From the NCBI GenBank assembly GCA_013239625.1, contig MU053881.1, forward strand, positions 2,170,001 to 2,234,000: a stretch of DNA of 64,000 bases. The letters run 5' to 3'. This DNA is from Lama guanicoe (taxonomy: Eukaryota). The position numbers and the translations under genes are program-made. A model generated the notes under the pieces. That model searched no databases. It saw only the letters and a list, made by a program, of their open reading frames with translations, and was not told where the DNA came from. Positions 37,690 to 49,635 of the stretch are shown in pieces. Every line of letters begins with the position of its first letter. The stretch's first letter is position 1.

Positions 37690-39459
37690 GCCCCAGTGGA
37701 TGAGTGGTGGAGTCCGGCCTGGCGGCGGCAATGGACCATTTCATGTGGACCAGCGGCCTCCTGGAGATCAACGAGACCCTGGTGATCCAGCAGCGCGGGG
37801 TGTGCATCTATGACAGTGAGGAGAAGATAAAATTTGATGCCGGGACCCTCATTCTTAGTACCCACAGACTGACTTGGAGAGATCAGAAAAATCATGAATG
37901 CTGCATGGCCATTCCTCTTTCCCAAATTGTGTTCATTGAAAAACAGGCAGCTGGAATTGGGAAAAGTACCAAAATAGTGGTCCATCTTCACCCAGCTGCT
38001 AACAAAGAACCTGGTCCATTCCACAGTAGTAAGAACTCCTACATCAAGCTCTCCTTCAAAGAACATGGTCAGATTGAGTTTTATAGGCGATTATCAGAGG
38101 AAATGACACAGACAAGATGGGAGAATATGCCAGTTTCCCAGTCATTACAAACAAAAAGAGGACCCAGCCAGGAAGAATAAGAGTGGTAGGAATTGTAGGT
38201 ATTGAAAGGAAACTGGAAGAAAAAAGAAAAGAGACTGACAAAAACATTTCTGAGGCCTTTGAAGACCTCAGCAAACTGATGATGAAGGCTAAGGAAATGG
38301 TGGAGTTATCAAAATCAATTGCTAATAAGATTAAAGACAAGCAAAGTGATATCACAGAAGCTGAGAGCATCAGGTTTAAATCCTATTTGCTTAGCATGGG
38401 CGTAGCTAACCCGGTTACCAGGGAAACCTACGTCTTGGGGCACACAGTACCACATGCAGCTGGCCAAACAGCTGGCTGGAATATTGCAGGCGTGGTTAGA
38501 GGAACGAGGGGGAATAGTGTCGCTCATGGAAGTGTACTGTTTAGTAAACCGAGCTTGAGGAATGGAATTGCTCTCACTGGAAGATTTGGTGAGTGCATGC
38601 AAGATGCTGGCAGCACCGAAGTTACCTCTCAGGCTCCGAGTGTTTGACAATGGTGTCACAGTCACTGGACTCCAGTCCCAATGAGGAGGAAATGGTGGCC
38701 TCAGCCTTGGAGACGGTTTCAGAAAAGGGATCCCTAACATCAGAAGAGTTTGCTAAGCTCATGGGAATGTCTGTCCTCCTGGCTAAAGAAAGGTTGCTTC
38801 TTGCAGAGAAGATGGGCCATCTTTGCCAAGATGATTCAGTGGAAGGCTTGTGGTTTTACCCAAATTTATTTATGACACAAAGCTGAGAATTTTGTATTTG
38901 AAATATTTCTTGTCCATATCTCCACATCGTGTAGAGGCTGTATGACATTGATCTAGGAGTAAACCCTGAGAAACTGAGAACTTAGTGGCATTTCCCAGAA
39001 TGATATAGAACCCATTTAATTTCTGCCTAAATACTATGATCCAGGAAGATTCCTTAGGAAAATACAGAAAAATGAATGCCAATATGAATTTGAATTCATG
39101 TTACATCTATATAGCAACCCTCAGGGTTTAACTTGATCTTCAAATCTGACCATTTTTTAAAGAAGAGAATTTAGTTCACCAGGGATGTATATATTTGGAC
39201 AGGTTAGATCATTATTCTGGTGTGACTAAAATTCACTAAATTATAAACGAAGTTTTTCTCAGTGTTTAATGGGCCCATATGGGTTTTTTTGTGTGTGAAA
39301 CAATTTATACCTACAGTGTAGTTTAAGAACCTGACAACACTGGAACAAAATATCAAACTGTAGAATGTCATTTGAGACTCTTCCTAAGGGCTTTTAGAAG
39401 CATACATAAGCATGTCTTCAACAGACTAAATAAAACACCTTAAAAAAGAAAAGAAAAAA
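37690..39459 (+). pseudogene. VPS36: VPS36 (ESCRT-II EAP45) processed pseudogene
   Basis: Intronless [23 protein letters not shown]...[10 protein letters not shown] (ATG 37731, TGA 38884-38886). Frameshifts near 38165, 38438 and 38678; nonsense TGA at 38556. 3'UTR with AATAAA at 39429, an A-tail, and TSD AAAGAATGGAC at 37679-37689 and 39460-39470. Confidence 0.96.
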
Positions 39460-39473
39460 AAAGAATGGACTAA

Positions 39474-39724
39474 ATCATGGGGATGTAATATACAGCATGG
39501 GGACTATAGTTAATATTACTGTATTGCATATTTGAAAGTTGCTAAGAGAGTAGATTTTTAAAATCCTCATTGTGAGAAAGTAATTCTTTCTAACTATGTA
39601 TGGCAACAGATATTAACTAGACTTACTGTATGGTTATTTTGCAATATGTACAAATATTGAATCATTATGCTGTACACCTGAAACTAACATATGTCATATG
39701 CCAAATATACTTCAATTAAAAAAA
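39474..39724 (+). mobile_element. 5'-truncated L1 3' end
   Basis: ggggatgtaatatacagcatgg...gctgtacacctgaaactaa...tacttcaattaaaaaaa. Confidence 0.8.
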
Positions 39725-39812
39725 GGTGGGGGTGGGTATAGCTCAATGGTAGAGCACATGCTTAGCATGCATAGGGTCCTGAGTTCAATCCCCAGTACCT
39801 CCGTTAAAAAAA
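39725..39812 (+). mobile_element. Vic-1-like SINE in the L1 A-tail
   Basis: gggtatagctcaatggtagagcacatgcttagcatgcatagggtcctgagttcaatccccagtacctcc. Confidence 0.85.
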
Positions 39813-40452
39813 AGAGATGGACTAAGCAGGATTTCAGAAGGTAGAATGGGCAGGACTTGGACACTAGACGGGAGCACAAGGGAGTGTGAAGAGTCAAGGT
39901 GGGGTCCAGATTTCAAGCTTAGAGGAGGTGACTAGATGGATGGAGACATCAACCACTGACCTAGGGAGTTACAGGAATACAGCTGGGGCAAAGATGGGAA
40001 ATATGTTCAGTTTTTTTAAAAAATATTTTTTATTGTGACAGCCTTCAAACATACAGAAAAAGAAAAAAGGAAAAAACAACCAATACACCTAGATTCAATA
40101 TGTGTTAACATTTTGTTATATCTGCTTCATAGGCGAAGTTTTTTTTTCTGAACAATTTCAAAGTGAGTTGCAGATATTCTGATACTTCTCACCTAAACAC
40201 TTAGCAAACTTCTCCAAAACATGAGGACATTCTCCTACATAACCACAGTACCACCTAATAATAATTCCTTAACATCTAATGTTCTTTCCATACTCGAATT
40301 TCCCCAAAATGTCTTTATAGATGATTTTTCTGAACTATAATCAAATTTCACCTTGTGCATTGGTCCTTGTATTTCTTACATCTCTGACAACCTAGAATGC
40401 CCCACCTCATGTTTTCAATGAATTTTGACTTTTGAAATGACTGGGCCAGTTG

Positions 40453-40600
40453 TATTTTTGAGGTGGGGGGGTGGTGAGGAGGTAATTAGGTTTATTTATT
40501 TATTTAAAAAAATTTTTTTAAATGAAGATAGTGGGGATTGAACCCAGGACCTTGTGCATGCTAAGCATGCACTCTACAACTGAGCTATACCTTACCCCCA
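40453..40600 (-). mobile_element. Vic-1-like SINE inside an old antisense L1 fragment (about 40010-40745)
   Basis: aggtaattaggtttatttatt...ggggattgaacccaggacc...tgagctatacc. Confidence 0.8.
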
Positions 40601-41694
40601 AACCAGTTATCTTGAGAATCCCCCGTGTTCTGCATTTGGCTGACGCTTCTTCATCACCTGTTCCTCTGCCACCTGTATTTCCTGTAAGCTGGACATAAGT
40701 TCAGAGGCTTGATAACATTTGGGTTAAAGTTCTTGCAAGAATACTTTAAAGTAAGGCAGGTGCTGGTGTTGCGGCCTGTTAGGTTCGGAGAGCCTGAAGG
40801 ACCTCAGGGCAGATGTCTTGCTAGTGGTTGTATATATATGTGGTTTGAAGACCTGGAGGAAGAGCCAGGTGAGGGAGAATACCTTAAGGGTTATCATAGA
40901 GGAGGTGAGACCTGATGCCTTTGGTGGGGGTGGGAGGGGTGGTGAGAAAACCCAGGAAATCTCAGAATTCCAGGGAGTTTTCCAGAGGAGTCAGTGACAA
41001 GACAGGACCAATAAGATGACCACCTGAGGCCTGACAGTCAACAAAAGCCCTGTCCTGCTTCCCCCAAAGCCTGGCCCCTTGCCTGGAGAGTCAGCTGACA
41101 TGTCTAGAGCTCATAACAAGCACCCCAGGGAGACCTGCAGAGGCCTTAGATGACAGGGCATCTCGGGGTTTTTATAGTAGCCAATAGGAGGATGCAATTG
41201 ATTTCAGAAGGTCTATCTATTTAGTCATATTAATGAGCCTAAGGCCATTATGAGACCAGAAACTCTTCACTGGAGTGGGGGATGCGGTCCTCACGGTGGT
41301 GGCATCCAGCCCTGCCCAGCCCGGGAGGCAGCCAGGGACTTAGGGCTATGATGGGCTCTGGATCTCCAGGCTGGGCAGGGACTGAAGCTAAACCGTAGTA
41401 AGAGAGGTCCCTGCTGCCTTCTGCACACCAGGCCTGTGGCAATGAGGGATCAGAAATACCCTTGGAACACCTAGTCAGCTGTGCTGTGGCCTGGAACCCC
41501 TTGCAAGGTACGGACCTGCCTGCAAATCCAGGCTCATTCTATACCCTGTTCACTTCCCTCTCTACCCTTCAGCCATACTGGCCTGCTCTGGTTCTTGGAT
41601 GCAGAAGACCTTGCCCGTTAGCCGTAGCCCTCTCCATAGTTCTATGTGGTGGGTCTTCAGTGTGCCAGCTGCCTGTGGTGGTGTCTGGGAGGTA

Positions 41695-41880
41695 GCACAC
41701 AATGAAGTTATGGGCATGGACTCTGACTCAAAAGATCTTGTCTGAACCCCTAGCTCTATCACTTAATAGCTGTGTGACCTTAGGCAAGTTACAGAACCTC
41801 TCTGTGGCTGCGCACCCTCTCTGTAAACTGGGGTTGTTGATAGTTAATATGAGCTTCCAATAGTGCTTGGCACCTGGTGA
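41695..41880 (+). mobile_element. MIR SINE
   Basis: MIR core ctctatcacttaatagctgtgtgaccttaggcaagttac...tctgtaaactgggg. Confidence 0.7.
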
Positions 41881-42479
41881 GTCTTGCAGTTGTTACAGTC
41901 ACAATTACTGTTCTCATGCAGCTCAGCTATCAAGATCTGCCTGAGCTCAAAGAGCTAGTACTTGGCAGCCTTCTGAGATGTTTCTCCAGTACATCACTGT
42001 TGCATTTAAATATCCCCACCTAACTGCTGAGATTTTCCCTGCATAAATCCCATAACTTTGTATCCTCTGTCCTGCTACTGTTTCTGTAGGTTCAATTTAC
42101 CCTAGTCAGATTAAGTAAAGGGATCGTGGAGTTGGAAGCCTAAAAAAGCGTAACAGGCACTTTACTGTTGACAAGCAATTTACATTCTAGTAAGAAAACA
42201 GGAACAAAAAGGAGGATTAACACGAGGCCGTGTGTAATGAGGCTTGTGAGTTCTTGAAGGGTAGGAATATCAGCAATTGTCAAAAATAGAACCAGTGTTT
42301 TGGGGAGCTCACCGTGTCCCAGGCACTGGGCTTTACAATCCTCACAAAAACACCACAGTAGATATTAGTAGTCCCACTTTACAATGTTAAACACCTGCCG
42401 TAGGCCACGCGATGACTGGAATCTTGGTTCTGTCTTCCTCTAAATCACCACTTCGGCCCAGTCAAGACAGAGGGACAGG

Positions 42480-43150
42480 GTGAACACACCCCGGCTGAGC
42501 CGCAGAAGCCGGCGAGAGAGGAGGTTTGGCAAAAGGACTCGGGGTCGCCGCAGGCGGGTGGGTGGGCAGGAACCGGGCGGGGCTGGGAGAGGCCCGGCCT
42601 CAGCCTCTGAGTTCCGCAGGAGCAGAGAGCCGCCGGACGCACGCGGCCGGCACCCGGAGCCGCCCCGCCGCAGCTCGGGCTTCCGCTCCGGGCCACACGT
42701 GGGGCCGCGTTCCTGGGAGGGCGCCTCTGATTGGCCGGGCCGGTCAGGTGGCTCCCGCGCGCCAATCAGCAGCGGCCAGGCCGTGGGCCGCGCGCTCCGC
42801 CCTGCCCGCGTGGACCCTCGGAAACGGCGATCTCGTGCGCTGGGCCGCGCCGGGAAAAGGCCGCCAAGGCGTAGTAATGCCCGCCATGCCCCAGAGCCAG
42901 CCGGCGACTGTACTGGCCCTTTACGCCTATTTATCTGAATTCGCCATCAGCCCTGCCCCATCTCTCAGAGGAAGAAAAGCGGGCTGGGCCGGCCTTCCTC
43001 TTGGGCTCTGTGTCCCGCCGCCGTAAGGCTTCCTCCCGCTTTTGTGCATCTTTCCCCTTTCGCACCTTTAGAGCTCCAAGCCTTCCTTTCTCCAAGCCTC
43101 CCCCTTTCCGGCAGCCCACAAATGGTGTAGCCTCTCCCGCGGTAAGAGAA
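42480..43150. promoter_or_regulatory. Orphan intergenic CpG island with promoter motifs
   Basis: CpG-dense; CACGTG at 42696-42701, ATTGG at 42730 and CCAAT at 42762 (32 nt apart), GC boxes, ETS-like CTTCCG/CGGAA. Confidence 0.8.
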
Positions 43151-45450
43151 AGATCTCAGGCCTCCACATCCCGGCTCTGCCTCTTCTCCCCTCCGCTGCC
43201 CTTGGCCTCCCTTTCTCACTCCTTCCTCATCCCAGTTCAGCCAGGCTTTGGATCACCAACAGTCCCACTCTGGCCAAATCTGGTGGCTTTTCATAATCTG
43301 TGCTGTTTCACTTTGCAGCATTTGACCCTGTTGACGCTTTGGAACCAAGATTTCCAGGAGGTTTGGTCCCCTCCTGCCTGTTTACCAGCCCTCTGAGCAG
43401 CCTTGCCATGGGCTTGCCTCTCCTTTTTCCCGTCTGGCAGACAGAGGCCCACTTTGGTTTTTTGTTGTTGTTGTTAGGCTTTCAGTAGAGGCCCGCTTTG
43501 TTGATTGTTTACCCGGACTTCCTGAGGGATCTCATCTCATCACTGGCCTCCCCTAAATGCCAGTAATTTCTGAGCCTCGATCTCTACCTTAGATTTGTCG
43601 TAGAACTCCAAACTCACTACTTGCGTGTCTTGTGGGTACCTAAGGCTGAAGGTAGGTGTTTCATTCAACAAATATTTATTAGGCTGTGGGCTCATTTACA
43701 GTATAATTATTTAAAACATATCCTCATAAACATACCAGTATTTATTGCTGGGTGCCAAAAGGTTGGGAGTACTGTGTCACCTGTGACTAGCACCCAGTGG
43801 GTGCTTCATTCCCGTGGGCTGAATTCATGTAGGAATGAGTGTCGGCATAGTGCCTGGCACGGAGGCGGTGCCCCAAGTTCGTTGCCTCATCCCTCAGCCC
43901 AGCTTCTCTCTACCCCAGGGTTGGGAGCTGTCCCATCACCTCACCTCCAATGCAAAAGCTATATAAGTGAGGTAAACGAGAGAAAAAGCCGAAATGAAAA
44001 GTCCTCCTTGTCCTGTCTAATATTCTACTCCCAGGGAAGTCTAATCTGCCAGCTCCACGAAGGCAGCACTGCCCAGTGATGAGGCAGGAGAGAGAACCAG
44101 GATCCAAGGACAGGCAGCTGCTGCAGCCAGAATGGGAGACATATAGACCAGGGTTCAAATCCTGGTTGGGTGACCTTGTGGATCCTATTAGACTCCCGTG
44201 AGCCCACAGTTCCACCTGTAAGTTGGACATATGAATAGACTCTACCTCACAGAGATTTGTAGTATTCTCCTAGAGCTCTTAGAGGCTCCCAGTAGGCATT
44301 GGCACTTGCCTGTTGTTTTGGCTGAAAGAGAGGGTGAAGAGGACTTTCCTGGTGCACTGTCGCCACCGTGTGACCATCTAGGAGATTACATAAGGGAGTT
44401 CTCTGGCCGAGAAAGGGCTGCTTGACTTTAGTTTTCTGAAACCTGGAAATCTGCTCTGCTGTCCAGGCTCCCTCCGGCCTCCAAGGCCAGTACTGTCACC
44501 TGTGGAGGAGAAATCATCCCACCCTTGGGTTTAGGGCACTGTCTGTGTCTTCTCTGACTCTTGAACTTTTGGTGGTTCCTCACTGTGGCATTCAAGGCTT
44601 TTCAGACCTGGTGCCCTAGACATCTGCTCTGTGCTTGGAACTCAGGGCCACCCAGCTCCAAACCTGCCTCAAGATGCTCTCTCGGTTTTCTCCTCCGCTT
44701 CCATCCCTCCTGAGCCCCCTGTCTCCTCTCCCTGACTCAGGACCCTAAAGTTCTCTCCCCAGTGAGTGTGTTAAGTGAACAGCCATCATTTATTGATCTC
44801 CTGTGTGCCTAGTGCCGTGTCAGGCTCCTTATGGGCATTTATTCCATAGACTCTTTACTGATCCTGCCAGGCAGGCTGCTGTGATTGCCCCCATTTTGTA
44901 GAAGAGGACACCGAGGCAGAGAAAGGTGAAGTGACCCACCCAAAGTCACACAGCCTTCAGGTGACAGAGTCCTACCTATAACTTCTAGGATACCAAGTAC
45001 GGTGGAAGAGGCAGACAGACCTCTGTTTGAATCCCATCTCTGCCACTCACTACTGGCATCCCCACTCGGAGCCTAGGCTTCCTGTCTGCCTCTAAAATGA
45101 GATGGCAGCTCCCACAAGGCACAGGTGCCGGCTCCGGGAGCAGGCAGTGTTCACCAGGGATGAAAAGTGGGGAGGGCGTCGCAGCCGGCAGTCAGAGCTG
45201 GTCTGCAGCACGCTGCGGTAAGTTGGGGTCCCGTCAGGGAGGCTAGAGCCAATGACTGGGAGCCCCAGCTCAGGACCCGGCCGGCAAGAAGTAGGGGCTC
45301 AGGGCTCCAAGCCCCCAAGAGCCCTCACCTGTAGAGCCCCTCCCTATTCTCCCCACACCCGCTTTAGCCTCTTCAGTGCTTGCCCACTCAGCAGCCTCGT
45401 GTGGGCCTTTCCACACACACATCTGATCATGACCTTTGCTGCTGCAAATC

Positions 45451-45579
45451 TTTTTTTTTTTAATATTTTTTGAGGAGGAGGAGTAATTAGATTTATTTAT
45501 TTATTTTTAGAGGAGGTACTGTGGACCTCACCCGTGCTCACTAAGCATGCGCTGTGCCCCTTGAGCTATCCTCACCCCT
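45451..45579 (-). mobile_element. Vic-1-like SINE, internally deleted
   Basis: gtaattagatttatttattt...gaggtactg...ctaagcatgc...gagctatc. Confidence 0.7.
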
Positions 45580-48500
45580 GCTGCTGCCGCAGCCCTGTCC
45601 TCATGCTGCTCACTGGGGACTCAGTCCCTCCCCAGTGCCCGAGAGCCACGTGCAGTCTGTGGCCATAGCCCTGCCAGCTCCGTCACCTTCTCTGGTCTCT
45701 GGCCCCCTCCCTTGTCCTTGAAGCCACCTTAGAACTTTGCACATGCTGTCCCCATGGACTGAAACATTCTTCCCTCCCCTCTTTGCCTAGTTAATGCAGA
45801 GGTGCTGAAAAGTCTCCTTGGGAGGTGATGGGAATGGGAAATTTGAGACCTGAAAGAGGAGTAGAGTTTGGAAAACCCATAGGGAGGGGATAGTGTTCCA
45901 GAAAGAGAGAACTACGGAGGTAAAGGGATGGAGGTGCATGTGGGGAGGGAGTGGGACAGGTAGGGACTGAAACTAATAGGAACGAGGCGAGGCCAGGGGC
46001 AGAGCCTCATGCGCTGTGCTGAGGTGCTGTGCCATGGAGCTTGGCCCCAATCCCGAGGGCAGTGGGAGGGTTTCGAGCAGGCATAGTTACAGCGAGTCCC
46101 CTGGGTAAGGTGGAGAGGGCGTATCAGCTCTGCTATGAAGAATGGAGCACCCAGAACTGACCATTCCTCCAGGAACGACCTGATCACCACCTACAAGGAA
46201 AGACCCTTCACCGGATCCCTGCCTGAAACCTCTGTGGGCCCAGCCCAAGGCCCCAGCCCCACCCCAAGAGAGGCTGAAGTGGGATGCTACACTTCTTGTA
46301 GCCACCAGGAGGTGGCACCATCACCCCAGCGTGTCCCCCTCCACTCTGCTCCCTGAGCTGGAGACCCCTCCAGGGCATAATTATAGGGAAGAGGCCCGAG
46401 AGGAAAGAAGAGGTGAGTGAAGAGAGGAGGAAGTGGGGGGACCGAGGGACGGGGCCCAGGGTGGTTGCGACACAAGGCATAGGATGGGGGAGTTCGGGTA
46501 GTGCTGCCTCCCTGCTGATTTTTTTCAGGGTCAAGCAGTGTGCGTCAGTCTGACTTAAGATTTGCACCATTGTGTGCCCCACCCTCCTCCATGCGGCCCC
46601 TCCTCAGGTCCCTGAAACTCTCATGGAGACCCTGCCTGTTCTCCGCTCCTGGCCGTAACCCAAGAACCTCCAAGTTCTCTACCACCTGCCTCTCCCTCCT
46701 GCCCCCATTAGCAAGCCCTCTTATTCTAAAGATGCCCTTCAATTTCCACTTGCCCCCATGGTCCGGCCACAGTGGGGGCCTGCAATGGGGCTGTGCAGGA
46801 TGGTGCTGGGCCCAGGCCAGAGGACGAGAGGGGAAGCGGACAGTCCCTCTGCGGATGCTCTGGGGCTCATTATTTCTGTCACCTCGGAGAGGGCACGTGT
46901 CCTTTGGGGCTGCTGCCCCAGTTCCCTGCTCTAACTGGCCACTGCAGCGGTCTCCTCGCCTGTCTCCCCACATCTGCACTAGCAGCCCCTCACTCTCAGT
47001 CTCTTCACTCCCCTGGGAATGAGATCCGCAGCCTGCCAGGCTCTTTCTGGCGCGGCCTCATCCAGCACCACGTTCCCCCTCTCTCTGTAAGAGCTCCGTC
47101 CACCGGCCTGATAGGAGTGCCTCAGACTCTCCCCGCTCCGGCCTGCCTGCTTCTAGACCTCTGCGGAGAGGATTCCCTCTGCCTGGAATGCTTTTCCTCC
47201 CACTCCTCACAAGGCCAAGTGCTCCCCTCCTTCAACTGACATACCGCTTCCGCTTGGAGCCCTTCCCTGGGTCAGATCAAGCTCCATCCCCACTGCAGAC
47301 TAGCACAGCAGCAGCCCGCTGACCCTCAGAGTCTGGGTTAATTATAGTCAGGCGCCTTCCTGGGTGTTTATTTAATGTCTGTCCCCACCTCTAGATTTCC
47401 GTTTCCTCAGGGCAAGGGCCTTTCTTCATCACAGGATATAACCACTGACATGAATGTTACCTGGCGTATAGTAGGTGCTCAGTCAGTGTCTGTTGATTTA
47501 CTGGGCCTTCCAGCCCTCTCCTGTCTGGTTACTTCTTCAATTTGGGCCCCCACGACACCTCCTCTGGGAAACATCGCTGACCTGGGCGAGCACTGCTCCT
47601 GAGTTCATTCCTTTGTTTGTTTTTCAGTTTCCCTTTGGTCCTCATCCCCCACTGTAATCACCCTGCCCCCGTCCCCCCCGCGCAGCCATGCTAATGGTTT
47701 TGTGTGTTCTCCTAACATGTGTGTTCCCTGTGTCATCATTTCTTTCGAGCAAGTGGCTTTATGCTTTAGAGCTCATTCTATTTCTTACCCCCTTCCACCC
47801 AGAGCTAGGTTTCTGAGGTCCCTCCACAGGGCTATGCGTCCGTCAGGTCCCCATACATGAAACCCATCCACCTCCCAGTGATGGACTCCAGATTGCCTCC
47901 AACCCCTCCTCCAGCCTTCCCCATGTGGACACGTGTGAGGATTTGGGGAGAGGGATGGTATAAATGCAGGGAAAAATTACTAGGTCACAGGACATGTGTT
48001 TATATAATTAATTGAGAGCTCCTAGGTGGCTCTGGGGGAGCTGCGCCCACAGTCCAGGAGGGCCCCCCCCTATCCCTGCTGACACCTGGCATTCTCCAGC
48101 ATGCTGACTTTTGCCAATCTGAAAAGTGGGAAATAGAGCATCTCTTGCAATATTCTTGAGTTTCAGGGTCTCCCCATAAGTTTGCTAACCTCTGGTTTCC
48201 TTGTCATTTGATCATTTCATTGTAGCCTCCCTCTAGTATTTTGGGGGTGTCTTTTTCTTATGGATTTGTAGGCCCTCCTTAGATGCCCAGGGCTGTCCTT
48301 GCCACAGTGTGGGAGAATGCTGGCTTACAAGCAGATGCCCTGGACCCGGAGGTGCCGTGAGGGCACTGAGCCTTCTCTGTGTCCCCAGCCCCACATCAGA
48401 GGGTGTGAGGGGTTGACCCTCGGTGGGCACTGTGAGGGTCATTACTGTGGCCCCTTCAGGAAGCTATGTGAGTAATCTGGGGGGGACTGTCTTAGTTCCT

Positions 48501-49484
48501 AAAGGGATTGGGAAGCCTCCCTAAGATCAGCTGGCCAGCCTGGAATTTGAATTTTGAATCTGGGACATTGACTTAACATGTATTCATTCCATGAATGCCT
48601 AGGGAGCACTTACCCCGTGGTCCACATTCAGGCGCAGCTGTGAACAGGATGGTCCCTAGGCTTCTCGGAGCTTGTCTTCTAGTGGAGGGGTTAGCCAGTA
48701 AAGACTGAGCAAATAAGATAATTATAGAAGAAAACAAACAAGGGGCTAAAATATGGAATAACAGAGAGAGGACTTTAGCCAGGGTGGTCAGGAGAGGCCA
48801 CTATTAGGGGATGACCTTTGTTGTGACAGCCAGCCAGAAGAACCAGAGGACTAGCACTTCAGGCAGGGACCCACAGGTGCAAAGGCCCTGAGGCTCGCAT
48901 GAGCTTGGGATGGTGGAGAAACAGAAAGAAGGTCACCAAGGCTGGAGACTCCACAGGGGTTTGCAAGGAATTTTGGGGAGTGGGCAGGGGTCAGTTCAGG
49001 CTTTGTCCGGTGGGCCTGAGGTTAGCCTGGGCTGGTGGGTGAAGTGGGCAGGAGGAGAGTGTGGCTGTGTAGAAGGGGCCTGGGCCCTTGGAGCTCTGAA
49101 ATTGGCTGGAGGATTGTGCCAGGCAGCCTTAGAAGCTGGTGTGTACTCAGGGGAATACTTTTCTGGTGTTTCAATTTCAGTTTTTGTAAATAAATAATGC
49201 ACGTATCAGGGACAAAAATCAAAAGAAACAAAGGTCCCCTCCTTCCTTGACCCCAGCCACCGAGTTCCCCTCCCCAGAAGCAGCCATGGTGACCACCTGC
49301 CCACACTTCCCAAGTGATGGTGTCTGTGCCCCCTCAGGTACGTGTTTCACAGGGATGCAGGCTCACTGCTTCACCTCAGATCTTCCCGTCAGCAGTGTAA
49401 GCGGAGCAAATTCCCCATCAGGACACTTAAAGCAGCCCCTTTGTGAAGGCTCTAGAGCTGTCCTATGCATACACAGCTCTTTAA

Positions 49485-49635
49485 GTTTACATTTAAAATA
49501 ATTAAAATAAAATCATCCATCCCTCAGTTGCACGAGCCATGTTTCAAGTGCTCAGTAGCCATGTGTGGCCAGTGGCTCCTGTATTGGATAGCACAGAGAA
49601 TATTTCCATCATTGCGGACAGTTCTCCTGGATTCT
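49485..49635. mobile_element. MER3-like hAT fossil
   Basis: tttcaagtgctcagtagccatgtgtggccagtggctcctgtattggatagcacag. Confidence 0.65.

Noticed and set aside
46135..46356. Exon-looking stretch NDLITTYKERPFTGSLPE as a possible lost-gene remnant
   Set aside because: No similarity to LETM or other proteins I recognise, and no convincing donor.
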